DNA of 64,000 nt, taken from contig NC_042999.1 in NCBI RefSeq assembly GCF_006345805.1, positions 122,760,001 through 122,824,000 of the forward strand. The letters are read 5' to 3'. Source of the DNA: Octopus sinensis (lineage: Eukaryota). Under the pieces are notes generated by a model. It did not search any database. It was given only the letters and a program-made list of their open reading frames with translations, and was not told the DNA's origin. Positions within the stretch are counted from its first letter, which is position 1, and every line of letters begins with the position of its first letter. This document shows, in pieces, positions 1-10,831 of the stretch. The position numbers were made by a program, and so were the translations under genes.

Positions 1-262
1 AAAAGTATGCCACTTAAACTTGGATTGTCTATTATATGTTTCCTTGAGTGGACAGCAAAGCCTACTTTGCTTCATACCACAAAAACCACAGTGACAGGTA
101 AGGTTTCCATTGAAAGGAGCAGCATTTTGCCAGCATACCCTCATGCTTGCACGAAGTTGGTCTCAACATTGAAGGTGAGTTTGCTAAAATCTGTGAATTG
201 AGAAATAGGACCAGTGCCAGGTCCTGCCTTATGATGCTTTGTTTTCTTCGGAACAAAACATT

Positions 263-293
<31 letters not shown>

Positions 294-304
294 TATATAT
301 ATAA

Positions 305-917
305 AATAAGTGGAAAATTATGTAGTAAATGCACAAATGAAAAACATATAATGAATGCGCAGACGAATAGAAGTAAACATATATTCAATGCACAAATGGA
401 CAGAAAACAAAAACAGTTATCAACCACATGGTAGCAACCAGATGGTATTACTCAGTTATCAACCAGATGGTTTTACTCAGTTTTGCAGCATTAATGAAAA
501 GACTGAGATGCTTCCCATGCTTGTGGTGCCCATTAAAGTTGCAGAGAATATTGGACTGCGAACAAACAATATATGGAATACAAGCGATACCAAAGTAGAC
601 ATATGAAAGGAAATAAATGTAATTTAAGATGATGGACACAGCTTTCACCAGCACCACCAACATGGGAAGCACCTCAGTCTTTTCATTAATGGTGCAAGAC
701 TGAGTAATACCATATGGTTGATAACTGATGAAAAATTAGGGATCTTCTATTTTTCTTTTCCATCCATTTGTGCACTCAGTATATGTTTTTCCTTTCGTCT
801 ATGCATTCATTATACATTGTTTCATTTGTGCATTTACTATACATTTTTTCACTTATTAAGTAACAGAACTCAACACACTCTGGTTTTTATTAACAGTAAG
901 TTATTGGTCGTGATTTA
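305..917. mobile_element. Foldback (inverted-repeat) element, probably Penelope-like derived
   Basis: Arm 305-530 is the diverged reverse complement of about 650-857 (e.g. ttttgcagcattaatgaaaagactgagatgcttcccatg vs catgggaagcacctcagtcttttcattaatggtgcaaga). It abuts (TA)n and the right side runs about 60 nt past the arm. CTGATGA occurs at about 725 but there is no complete ribozyme. Confidence 0.6.
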
Positions 918-1099
918 GCATATAGGAGTGGCTGTGTGGTAAGTAGCTTGCTTATGAACCACATGGTTCGCGGTTCCGTCCTACTGCATAGCACTTTGGG
1001 CAAGTGTCTTCTACTATAGCCTCAGGCCAACCAAAGCCTTGTGAGTGGATTTGGTAGACGAAAACTTAAAGAAGCCCCTCGTATATATATATATATATA

Positions 1100-1432
1100 T
1101 ATAATATAATTTGAGACAAAACCACTATTTTAAAACCAAACAAGGAAAGACTTACTCAATACATAAAATTTTAATATAAATTAAATAAACCGCCACTACA
1201 AATGTTTCATGTCTGTTCCGACAATCTTCAGGTGGATTTTCGATCTTCTAATCAGTATCAAAATTTATTTAATTTATATTAAAATTTTATGTATTGATTA
1301 AGTCTTTCCTTGTTTGGTTTTAAAATAGTGGTTTTGTCTCGAATTATATTATATAATATTTTACTATAAAATTGGATTTAACCCTAAATCTGATTTTTCC
1401 CTGTAATTTTGGATTCATTCCCTAATATTTAT
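1100..1432. mobile_element. Foldback Penelope-like element with central hammerhead
   Basis: Near-perfect ~90-bp inverted arms at 1100-1189 and 1264-1353, an ~80-nt one-sided extension, (TA)n on both flanks, and a spacer containing a hammerhead motif. Confidence 0.8.
1193..1235 (-). ncRNA. Minimal type I hammerhead ribozyme motif
   Basis: Minus strand reads CCAC-CTGAAGA-T-TGTC-ggaaca-GACA-T-GAAA-C-attt-GTA-GTGG: stem I CCAC/GTGG, intact core, 4-bp stem II, short stem III, GUA cleavage triplet. Confidence 0.72.
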
Positions 1433-1494
<62 letters not shown>

Positions 1495-1714
1495 ATATGT
1501 TCGTGTTTCTGTGTTTATCCTCCCAACATCACTAGACAATGTATATATATATATACAAATCTTTATTTTACTGTCAATTTGTAATAAAAACAATTAAATA
1601 TTAAATGAAGAGTAACTCAATAATTTGGGGCTAGAGTCATCACTGGATTGTGACGGTTAGTGTGCTGAAACTTCAAAGTAACAGTGATCCCCATATTTTA
1701 AAAGTATAACATAT

Positions 1715-1772
<58 letters not shown>

Positions 1773-1810
1773 GTGTGTGTGTGTATAGCAAGGGAGAGAC
1801 AGAGAGTAGT

Positions 1811-2167
1811 TATTGGTTATGGGCGGTCAGAAAGTTACCATTAGGTTCATGTCTATTTTCGCTCTTAGTAATATTCATGACTCATAGGCCTGTTGCCAGA
1901 GGCACATAACCTCTTTACTAATGGAGGTAAGAATAGTCTTGATCAGCAATGGTTATGAAAAAAAATCCCAGAAACAAAATTTTTCAAAGCAACAACCCCT
2001 TCTGGGTGAGATGGAATTATCTCCCTTTCACCAGTTCCTGTATTCTTACCTTCATTAGTAAAGAGGTTATGTGCCTCTGGCCAGCATGTCTATCGAGTCA
2101 CCTATGTTGCTAAAAGCAATAATAGATATGATGCCAATGGTAACTTTCTAACTGGCCAAAACCAATA
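1811..2167. mobile_element. Foldback element with decayed hammerhead-like relic
   Basis: Arms 1811-1935 and 2041-2167 are reverse complements (ccagaggcacataacctctttactaatg / cattagtaaagaggttatgtgcctctgg). Minus strand 2023-2065 reads CTCTTTA-CTAATGA-A-GGT-aagaat-ACA-GGAAC-TGGT-G-AAAGGG. Confidence 0.65.
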
Positions 2168-2359
2168 CTTGAATGCTTTTAATATTACTGCTCAAAGAAA
2201 TTTTAGAATGTACCTTTTTTCTTTGGACTTATAACTGATTGTATATCATCATCATCATCATATATAATTTATAAAACTTAGATTGGTTTCAGCCATTATC
2301 AACCCAGGCCATGACTAACTCAATAGCACATCCTGGATAAGACTTTTAGATGATTATTT

Positions 2360-2408
<49 letters not shown>

Positions 2409-2419
2409 ATATATATATA

Positions 2420-2650
2420 CTAGTGACATCTGTGGAAATTCCACAGAATGAAAAAAATTAGGAAACGCTATTTAAGAAAGAAAGGATTTGCATTTTTATT
2501 TTTATCTTGCTAAGTTATTTCACTTCCATTCACAATAATATATTATATGATTTTAAAATTTACCTCTGCTAAGCACTTTATATTTTTCTCTTTCTCCCCA
2601 CCTCTTCAACAAACCTTTTAAACATCATCATCATCATTTATATATATATA
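2420..2650 (-). mobile_element. Non-autonomous Helitron-like element
   Basis: On the minus strand it ends in CTAG followed by T, with the subterminal palindrome tctgtggaaattccacaga. It is inserted in (TA)n; the 5' TC end is not clear. Confidence 0.55.
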
Positions 2651-2687
2651 CATGTGTGTGTATGTGTCCATGTGTGTGTGTGTGTAT

Positions 2688-3062
2688 GCTGTGTGGTAAG
2701 TAGCTTGCTTACCATCCACATGGTTCCAGGTTCAGTCCCACTGCATGGCACCTTGGGCAAGTATCTTCTACTATAGCCTCAGCCTTTTAAGTAGATTTGG
2801 TAGATGGAAACTGAAAGAAGCCCGTTGTATATATATATATTTTCTTTTTTTTCTTACTTGTTTCATTCATTTGACTGTGGCCATGCTGGAGCACCGCCTT
2901 TAATTGAGCAACTCGACCCGGGACTTATTCTTTGTGAGCCCAGTACTTATTCTATCAGTCCCTTTTGCCGAACCGCTAGGTGACGGAGACGTAAACACAC
3001 CAGCATCGGTTGTCAAGCAATGCTAGGGGGACAAACACAGACACACAAACATACACGCACAT

Positions 3063-3105
<43 letters not shown>

Positions 3106-3497
3106 CATACATACATATATACGACGGGCTTCTTTCAGTTTCCGTCTACCAAATCCACTCACAAGGCTGTGGTTGGCCCGAGACTATAGCAAAAGACACT
3201 TGCCCAAGGTGCTACGCAGTGGGACTGAACCTGGAACCATGTGTTTGGTAAACAAGCTACTTACCACACAGCCACTCCATGCATATATATATATATATAC
3301 ATGTGTGTGTCCCCCACCAACATCGATTGACAACCGATGCTGGTGTGTTTATGTCCCCATAACTTAGCGGTTCGGCAAAAGAGACTGATAGAATAAGTAC
3401 TAGGCTTACAAAGAATAAGTCCTGGGGTCGATGTGCTCGACCAAAGGTGGTGCTCCAGCATGGCCACAGTCAAAATGACTGAAATAAGTAAAAGAGA
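2688..3497 (+). mobile_element. SINE family A, split by a nested antisense copy of the same family
   Basis: Head half at 2688-2829 and tail half at 3301-3497 (…ccagcatggccacagtcaaaatgactgaaataagtaaaaga). Confidence 0.85.
2850..3282 (-). mobile_element. SINE family A, full-length antisense copy
   Basis: Reverse complement of the head, internal (TA)/(TG) tract and tail seen at 3675-4082. Confidence 0.9.
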
Positions 3498-3674
3498 TGT
3501 GGTATATACATTTACTATTTATTTGAAAATAGTAAGTCATGCATTTCAGCTGAGCAAAAGTTCAAGGCTGCAGAGAAAGCAAAGTGTGGCCATTTTGCAT
3601 TATATGCAAGATATTATCAATAAATACAGCAATCAACCTGTAAACTTTCATTAACCAAAACCTATATATATATA

Positions 3675-4079
3675 GGCGCAGGAGTGGCTGTGTGGTAAGT
3701 AGCTTGTTTACCAACCACATGGTTCTGGGTTCAGTCCCACTGCGTGGCATCTTGGGCAAGTGTCTTCTGCTATAGCCCCGGGCCGACCAATGCCTTGTGA
3801 GTGGATTTGGTAGACGGAAACTGAAAGAAGCCCATCGTATATATGTATGTATATGTATATATATATGTGTGTGTATCTGTTTGTCCCCCCCCCCAACATC
3901 ACTTGACAACCGATGGTGGTGTGTTTACGTCCCTGTAAATTAGCAGTTCGGCAAAAGAGACCGATAGAATAAGTACTGGGCTTACAAAAAGAAAAAGTCC
4001 CAGGGTCGAGTTGCTCGAGTAAAGGCGGTGCTACAGCATGGCCACAGTCAAATGACTGAAACAAGTAAAAGAGAGTAAA

Positions 4080-4082
<3 letters not shown>
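3675..4082 (+). mobile_element. SINE family A, full length
   Basis: tRNA-like head with A box (tggctgtgtgg) and B box (ggttcagtccc), central gcaccttgggcaagtg-type motif, internal microsatellite, tail ending aagtaaaagag; inserted in (TA)n. Confidence 0.9.
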
Positions 4083-4116
<34 letters not shown>

Positions 4117-4187
4117 GTAAATATATGCATATATACATACATATATACATATATCTACCTACATATATATGTATATATGCATGCATA

Positions 4188-4370
4188 TATGGGTACAGGA
4201 CATCAAAAATACGTAGACAAAATGAGAAACAAGAACATAAAAAGCAAAAACATAGAAAACGAACATTTTTTCGAACAACAAAAGAAACAAACAAATAGAA
4301 ATGAGACAGGCAACATAAAGAACATTCCCTTCATCAGTTGTCTCTTGTTTTATCTACTCCATGTTCGTAA
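4188..4370 (-). repeat. Possible Penelope-like terminal-repeat relic
   Basis: Adjacent to TA-rich microsatellite. Minus strand carries gacaaCTGATGAaggg, but there is no matching GAAA or stem II. Confidence 0.3.
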
Positions 4371-5207
4371 ATTCTGAGGATCAAATTAATCGTGTCCTTT
4401 TTCTTATTGACAAATTTCATCAATATATATAATACTATGGTACATGCCGTCAATATATATTCCACTTTATTTTCACTTTCACTTTTATATTCAAATTACT
4501 TCCTACACTACAGCCATGTATTTTTTGCTTCAAGTGGTATAGCAAAAGACGTATATTTATTACTCCAGATGTTGTTGATACATGCACTTATTCTACTCTT
4601 AATTATTCTACTTCATATATTTCACTATATTCTGCTATGTTACCTTTTACATCAGTTATTACACTGCATACATACGTATTTCTTGCTTTAAGCAAAAATA
4701 CAAAATGAAAAAGTACGAGAAATGATGTGAAATTACAGATTGAAAATTCAAAAGACCAAGGTGTGTTTGTGCCTTCTTATATCTCAACAAGGACTATTGT
4801 TCTTCAGGAACATTTTTACAGTAAATGTGAATAATATTGCCTATCATATACACTTGTGATTCTTACATAGAATTTGTCAAATATGTTGTAAATGAACAGC
4901 TTTTGTGTAAACTAAACCTGTAGACCCTTGAAGGCCTGTAGAAAATGTAGGTAACCAGTTTGTAAGATCATATACCCATCTGTAAATATGTATTTGTTTT
5001 GATTGTTTTGAATACATATATGTGTATGACTTGTGTGAAATTAGGTTGAGCATTTATTGTAGAAAATAGGATAATGTAGAACAATGAATGAATCATTGAC
5101 TACATATTGTACATATTAAAAGTAATCAAACCTGTATTATATTTGAGGAGTGATAAATATAATTTTCTTATTTTCCTGTTAATTAGGCAGTTTTATTTAC
5201 ATCCACA

Positions 5208-5453
5208 TGGAGGTGCATGTCTTAGTGGTTAGGGTGTTGAACTCATGATCGTAATGTTGTGGTTTTGATTCCTGGACCGGACGATGCGTTGGGTTCTTGA
5301 GCAAAACACTTCATTTCACGTTGCTCCAGTCCACTCAGCTGGCAAAAATGAGTAATCCTGCAATAGACCGGCGTCCTGTCCAGGTGGGGAATTTCTACAC
5401 CACAGAAACTGGGAAACCGGCCCTTATGAGCCTGGCATGGCCCAAGGAGGAAC
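5208..5453 (+). mobile_element. tRNA-headed SINE family B
   Basis: Homologous to copies at 15208 and 25742; 13-bp TSD atttacatccaca (5195-5207 / 5454-5466). Confidence 0.9.
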
Positions 5454-5782
5454 ATTTACATCCACACACTCTCATTAGCAACTTTCATCACATACGTTTC
5501 CAACAATACCACCAAATGGAAAAACCAGAAATTCATACATACAAGTTAAAATTTTGTATCACAAATTTAGTAAAACAGCAACTGTCATTATTGACAGCAT
5601 AAGTACCCTTGTATATATGTAACAACTTCAAACACACACACACATACACACACACATATAATGTTGCAAAATCATTAAAAAGAGTACAATGATCTTGCCA
5701 TAAAAAGTGAATGTTACTGCATAAGTTTTGCTGATGTAGAACAACACTAGCTTCCTTTGTATCTGATTATATATATATATAT

Positions 5783-6151
5783 AATGTGAAATAGAAAGAT
5801 GAATAATCTTGTAGTAGATTAATCAAAAGTTTAACCGATACCTTAGTAGCAAAAATCACAGCAGTAAACAGCACGGTTGGAGGTACAACCATCTGGCGTT
5901 GCAACCGTGCGTTGGTGCGGATAATTGAAATTAAAACATTATTGGTGAATTGAAGAAATGGAGCTGAACGCAGATTGAACAGAATTCGTTTTATTTCATT
6001 CTACACGTGTTTCGAAAGGCACAAATTACCAAATCCCATTATTCAATCGGATTTTGGTAATTTGTGCCTTTCGAAACACGTGTAGAATGAAATAAAACGA
6101 TTTCTGTTCAATCTGCATTCAGCTCCATTTCTTCAATTCACCAATAATGTT
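5783..6151. mobile_element. Foldback Penelope-like element with the 3' half of a hammerhead
   Basis: Near-perfect palindrome, arms 5935-6036 and 6049-6151, 12-nt loop. Each arm carries GAAACACGTGTA (palindromic stem III plus GUA) followed by AATAAA. About 150-nt one-sided extension; flanked by (TA)n. Confidence 0.8.
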
Positions 6152-6172
6152 ATATATATATATATATATATA

Positions 6173-6619
6173 CTAGCAGTATGGCCCGTCGTTGCTCGGG
6201 TTTGTTTTTTTAGTTGCGCTTAAAACGGCAGACTTTGATGTCGTGTTAACAAAGTTTTGACATAGTTTCAATCTTTTTTGGAAAGTAAAAATTTTGCATT
6301 ATGTAGCTTGTTATTCTCTTTAAGTGAACATTTTTCTGATTGAAATACACCGAAAAATGGCAACACAGCAGTCAATAAATCGTAAAAAAATAGGGATTTT
6401 CACAGAAAAAAGTACCTTTTTGATGTAAATAATTTTTGGTGTTAACATGGTCCGATTTGAATTTTTTGTTCTACAGAATGAAGAGCAAGCCTTCTTCTAT
6501 CATACTCTCAATTTTGGTCAACTTGTCTCGCAGGGTCTTGGAAGAGATAGTGTTAAGTTGAAGGCTACCAAACCTGCCACACACACACACACAGACAACT
6601 TCAGCTTTATATGTATAGA
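6173..6619 (-). mobile_element. Non-autonomous Helitron
   Basis: Minus strand: A|TCTATACATATAAAGCTG... microsatellite ... hairpin CCCGagcaacgaCGGG ... CTAG|T. Canonical TC/CTAG ends, A|T target, no TSD. Confidence 0.85.
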
Positions 6620-7066
6620 TATGTGTGTGTGTGTATGCATATGTATAGTGAGAGAAAGAGTGCATATACATGCATAAATACATACATGCACACACACATA
6701 TATATGCACACATACAAGTATCAGACTTAATTCATCAAACAGTTAAGATGTTTCAAGAAAAAGACATTATTGCACAGTAAATAATGATTATAGCAACAAA
6801 AATAATGAATAGTAAAATAATGAATGATGAACATATCGTCATTTCTCAAAAATTCTACTTGCGTCTTCGTCTTTTCTTTTTCTTTTGTTCAGAAGACAGC
6901 AGTTATTCAATCAGACATCGATTCAACCAGTTTTGAAGTTAATTCTATTTTTGGTGCACTTAACCAGTTTGAAGGTTTCATTCAGTACTTTCCCTGATGT
7001 TGGATTCTTTCTAACCACACACACACACACACACATGCATGCACGCACACACACACACATATATAT

Positions 7067-7357
7067 CACCATTCGAGTGTGGTTATTGCCAATGCTACCT
7101 GACTGGCTCCTGTACCAGTGGCACATGAAAAGCACCATTCAAGTATGCTCAATTCCAGTACTGCCTGACTAACTCTCATGCCATTGGCATGTAAAATACA
7201 CCCACTACACTCTCGGAGTGGTTGGCGTTAGTAAGGGCATCCTTCTGTAGAAACCTTGCCAGATCAGATTGGAGCCTGGTGCAGCCAGTCCTCAGTCAAA
7301 CCGTACAACCCATTCCAGCATGGAAAGCAGACATCAAACGATGATGATAATGATGAT
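7067..7357 (+). mobile_element. Retroposon family D (RTE-type tail), 3' part
   Basis: gagtggttggcgttagtaagggcatcc...catggaaagcagacatcaaacg followed by an (ATG)n tail. Antisense homologues at 43425 and 47415. Confidence 0.75.
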
Positions 7358-7989
7358 ATTATTTGGTAATAGTCTAGTAATTTTTTATTTGGTTCAAATC
7401 TAGGTGGTTTCTATGTTATGACCCTAGAATCCGAGTTCATTCCTACAGAACACATTGCTTTTCTGCATTACCATAGTGTACAGATATAACGACTAATGTT
7501 AATATCATAATAATCAAAATAGTAAAATATACTTTTACATATCTCTAAATATGTAATGATATATATCACAAATTCTATGATAAAAAATATATACTAATAA
7601 ATTAAAAAAATAAAGTAAGGTAACGCCAGAAAACTATATAAACTGACAATATCATATAAGATGCAAAATAAGTTATGTAATATAAAAAATATGATACAAA
7701 AGATATAGTGTATATATCAGAGACAACATGCATAGTATATACATATACATATATAGTACACAAAGAGTATGTACATATGCATTAAAATGTACACACCATG
7801 TATAATGTGCACTTTTATATGTAATAATAAATTATGAATAAAAGGAATTGCATTGAATAACGACTGGATACAAAATAATATAATGCACTACAATATAATA
7901 CACTATAGTACCTGGTAAAATATAACATAATCTAATATAATACTGCTTATACATATATAGATATATAATAAATCTCTGAGCGAGGTATA

Positions 7990-8083
7990 AACAGTAGCTG
8001 CATGACCAGTTATGCACTCAGGTCAATGTAGTCAACTTAATCCCCTCCCCCAAATTTGAGGCCTTGTGCTTCCAGTAGAAAGG

Positions 8084-8085
<2 letters not shown>
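7990..8085 (+). mobile_element. SINE family C, 3' fragment
   Basis: ccccaaatttgaggccttgtgc...gtagaaaggatt tail, same type as 8440-8478. Confidence 0.75.
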
Positions 8086-8149
<64 letters not shown>

Positions 8150-8177
8150 CGTAGTAGCATTAGCATTATTAGTATTA

Positions 8178-8226
<49 letters not shown>

Positions 8227-8262
8227 GGCCGTAAAAGAAAGTATTATTATTATTATTATTAC
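8085..8262. repeat. Compound (ATT)n/(AGT)n microsatellite
   Basis: Directly visible trinucleotide arrays; they explain the poly-N/I/S/T ORFs in the track. Confidence 0.95.
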
Positions 8263-8263
8263 A

Positions 8264-8476
8264 AAGGCAGTAAGCTTGCAGAATAATTAGCACACCAGGT
8301 GAAATGCTTCACAGTATTTCATCCATCTTTACATTTTGAGTTGAAATTCCCTTGAGGTTAACTTTACTTTTCATCCTTTCGGGGTGATTAGATAAGTACC
8401 AGTTGTGTACTGGGGTTGATGGAATTGACTATACCCCTCCCTCAAATTTGAGGCCTTGTGCCTATAGTAGAAAGGA

Positions 8477-8478
<2 letters not shown>
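8264..8478 (+). mobile_element. SINE family C
   Basis: aaggcag..gcagaat..ttagca head, gagttgaaattcc B-box-like motif, central actttacttttcatcctttcggggt..ataagtaccagtt domain, (ATT)n tail. Confidence 0.85.
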
Positions 8479-8510
<32 letters not shown>

Positions 8511-8527
8511 ATAAATACATGTAAATA

Positions 8528-10691
8528 CAGTTGCGGCCAAAATGTTCAGAACGGCATTGTTTTCGTCAGAAAAGTAGGTATAATTTTTTATCAAAGTTGT
8601 TTTATATTCTATAATTTTCACAGACAATAAATACAATATTAATTGTTATTTTATGAGATTTTGGTGTAATTTGAGAGAATAATACGAAAGTTGTGGAAGA
8701 TTTAGTAATTTACTGCAAATCCATAGCGGCCAAAATTATCAGAACGGTTGAAAAAATAACAAAATAATCAAAAATGACAGAGAATACTGGAATTATTTGT
8801 GAAGCCCTTTAGCTTCAATCACACTTTAACATCTTCGACTGCATGAGGAAATTAAATTTTCAATTTCTTGCTGGATGATCTTATTCCATTCTTCCTGAAG
8901 GGCATTCCATAATTGCTCGGTTGTTTTAGGATTTCTGGCTTTCAATCGTTCTCCTAGAATATTCCACACATTTTCAATAGGATTGAGATCTGGGCTTTGA
9001 GCAGGCCAATCCATAACAGTAACCTTTTCAGCCTTGAGGAAGTTCACGACCACTTTAGCCTTGTGACATGGGGCATTGTCTTGCATGAATATGGGTGATC
9101 GCTTAGTTGAATTTCTCAGCATAGGCAAGGCATGATCTTTTATAAATTGTTTATAAACTCCTGCATTTACCTTTCCATGTAATCGCATCAAAGGGCCCAC
9201 ACCATCCCCAGGTATCATCCTCCAAACCATGACACTTCCTCTGCCGAATTTAACACTAGTCTTAAGGCATTTAGGCGACAATTTTTCACCTACTTTTCGA
9301 TGGTTGTTAATATAATGCCACTTACTCCATTACCAATTCGTCAGCAGATTATTAAGCTTCAAAAAAAGGATAATTTAAGTATTGGGTCTATTGCAAAGAT
9401 TGTTAACTTTACTTTTCATCCTTTCGGATGATCATTTTGGCCGCCATGGATTTTGCAGTAAATCATTAAATCATCCATAACTTTTGTATTATCCTCTCAA
9501 ATTACACCAAAATCTCAGGCAATAACAAATAATATCGTATTTATTGTCTGTGAAAATTATAGAATATAAAACAACTTTGATAAAAAATTATACCTACTTT
9601 TCTGACGAAAACAATGCCATTCTGAACATTTTAGCCGCAACTGTAAATATATATATATATAGATAGATATATATATGCCTGAAAATTTGAGAGTTAGGGT
9701 CTAATCAAACCCAGTTCTTAACTGGTACTCATTTTATCAGTATCAAAAGGATGGAAGGTAAAGATGACCTTTGCGGGAGTTGAAATACAATACAATATAA
9801 TAGAATATAAAATAATGTGATATGGTATAATATAATATTAAAAAAAAAAGTACATATGACCAATTTTCCCATCTGTGAGCCAAATAACAAACTTAGATTC
9901 ATCACTGAATTGCACCGTTTGCCATTTTTCTTGAGACCACAACACATGTTCGGTTTCAAAGGTAAGACGACACTTTTTATTCTTGGAGCTGATCAGTGGT
10001 TTCACTGCAGGTGCTCTTGCTTGTAGGTCATGTTCAACTAAATGACGAGACACAGTTTTACGAGATAAAATTTTCTTCAGTACAATGCTCATTTCCTGAG
10101 AAACAGCAGCAGCAGTTTTAAATCTGTCCTTTTTAACCAACTTTACCATAGCATGATCTTCTCTCTTGGTCGTTTTTCTTGGCCTACCTGTAGACTTTCC
10201 TGCTTCACATGAACCACAATCATCGTAGACCTTAAGAATACCGTGAACAACACTTTGTTAACAATCTTTGCAATAGATCCAATACTTAAATTATCCTTTT
10301 TTCGAAGCTTAATAATCTCCTGACGAATTGGTAACGGAGTAAGTGGCATTATATTAACAAAGTACACTGCAGATATTCTTACTAACGTTTAGTTAACGAA
10401 CCGTCATGTAAACAAATTCAAAACATTAGGGTTCGCCGGTTAAATATTCTAAAACATGGAGTAAAAGCAACCGTTCTGATCATTTTGGCCGCCATGGATT
10501 TTGCAGTAAATCATTAAATCATCCATAACTTTTGTATTATCCTCTCAAATTACACCAAAATCTCAGGCAATAACAAATAATATCGTATTTATTGTCTGTG
10601 AAAATTATAGAATATAAAACAACTTTGATAAAAAATTATACCTACTTTTCTGACGAAAACAATGCCATTCTGAACATTTTAGCCGCAACTG
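8528..10691 (-). mobile_element. Tc1-family DNA transposon (IR/DR type) with an internal complex rearrangement
   Basis: TA|cagttgcggccaaaatgttcagaa ... ttctgaacattttagccgcaactg|TA. About 220-bp terminal inverted repeats (TIRs) with an inner direct repeat; about 1.6 kb after removing insert 9301-9867. Confidence 0.95.
8790..10349 (-). pseudogene. Disrupted Tc1 transposase (DD34E)
   Basis: MPLTPLPIRQEII...GRPRKTT...FSDESKF [insert] RKVGEKLSPKCL...QDNAPCH...SPDLNPIENVW, with 34 residues between D and E. Frameshifts, a stop codon and a ~570-bp insertion. Confidence 0.92.
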
Positions 10692-10831
10692 TAAATATAT
10701 ATATATATAGATAGATATATATATGCCTGAAAATTTGAGAGTTAGGGTCTAATCAAACCCAGTTCTCAACTGGTACTCATTTTATCAGTATCAAAAGGAT
10801 AGAAGGTAAAGATGACCTTTGCGGGAGTTGA

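Larger units (their letters stand above)
918..1540 (+). mobile_element. tRNA-headed SINE family A, interrupted by a foldback element in its internal TA tract
   Basis: Head ggagtggctgtgtggtaagtagcttgc...gaagccc at 918-1083 matches the copies at 3675 and 13034. The body resumes at about 1481-1540 (cccaacatcactagacaa). Confidence 0.85.

Noticed and set aside
1-250. ORFs 7-201 and 62-427 as a host exon
   Set aside because: No recognisable domain, and one ORF runs through (TA)n. At best a faint LINE endonuclease-like VGFAV motif with stops.
8018-8293. Poly-N/T and poly-I/S ORFs
   Set aside because: Translation of trinucleotide microsatellites.
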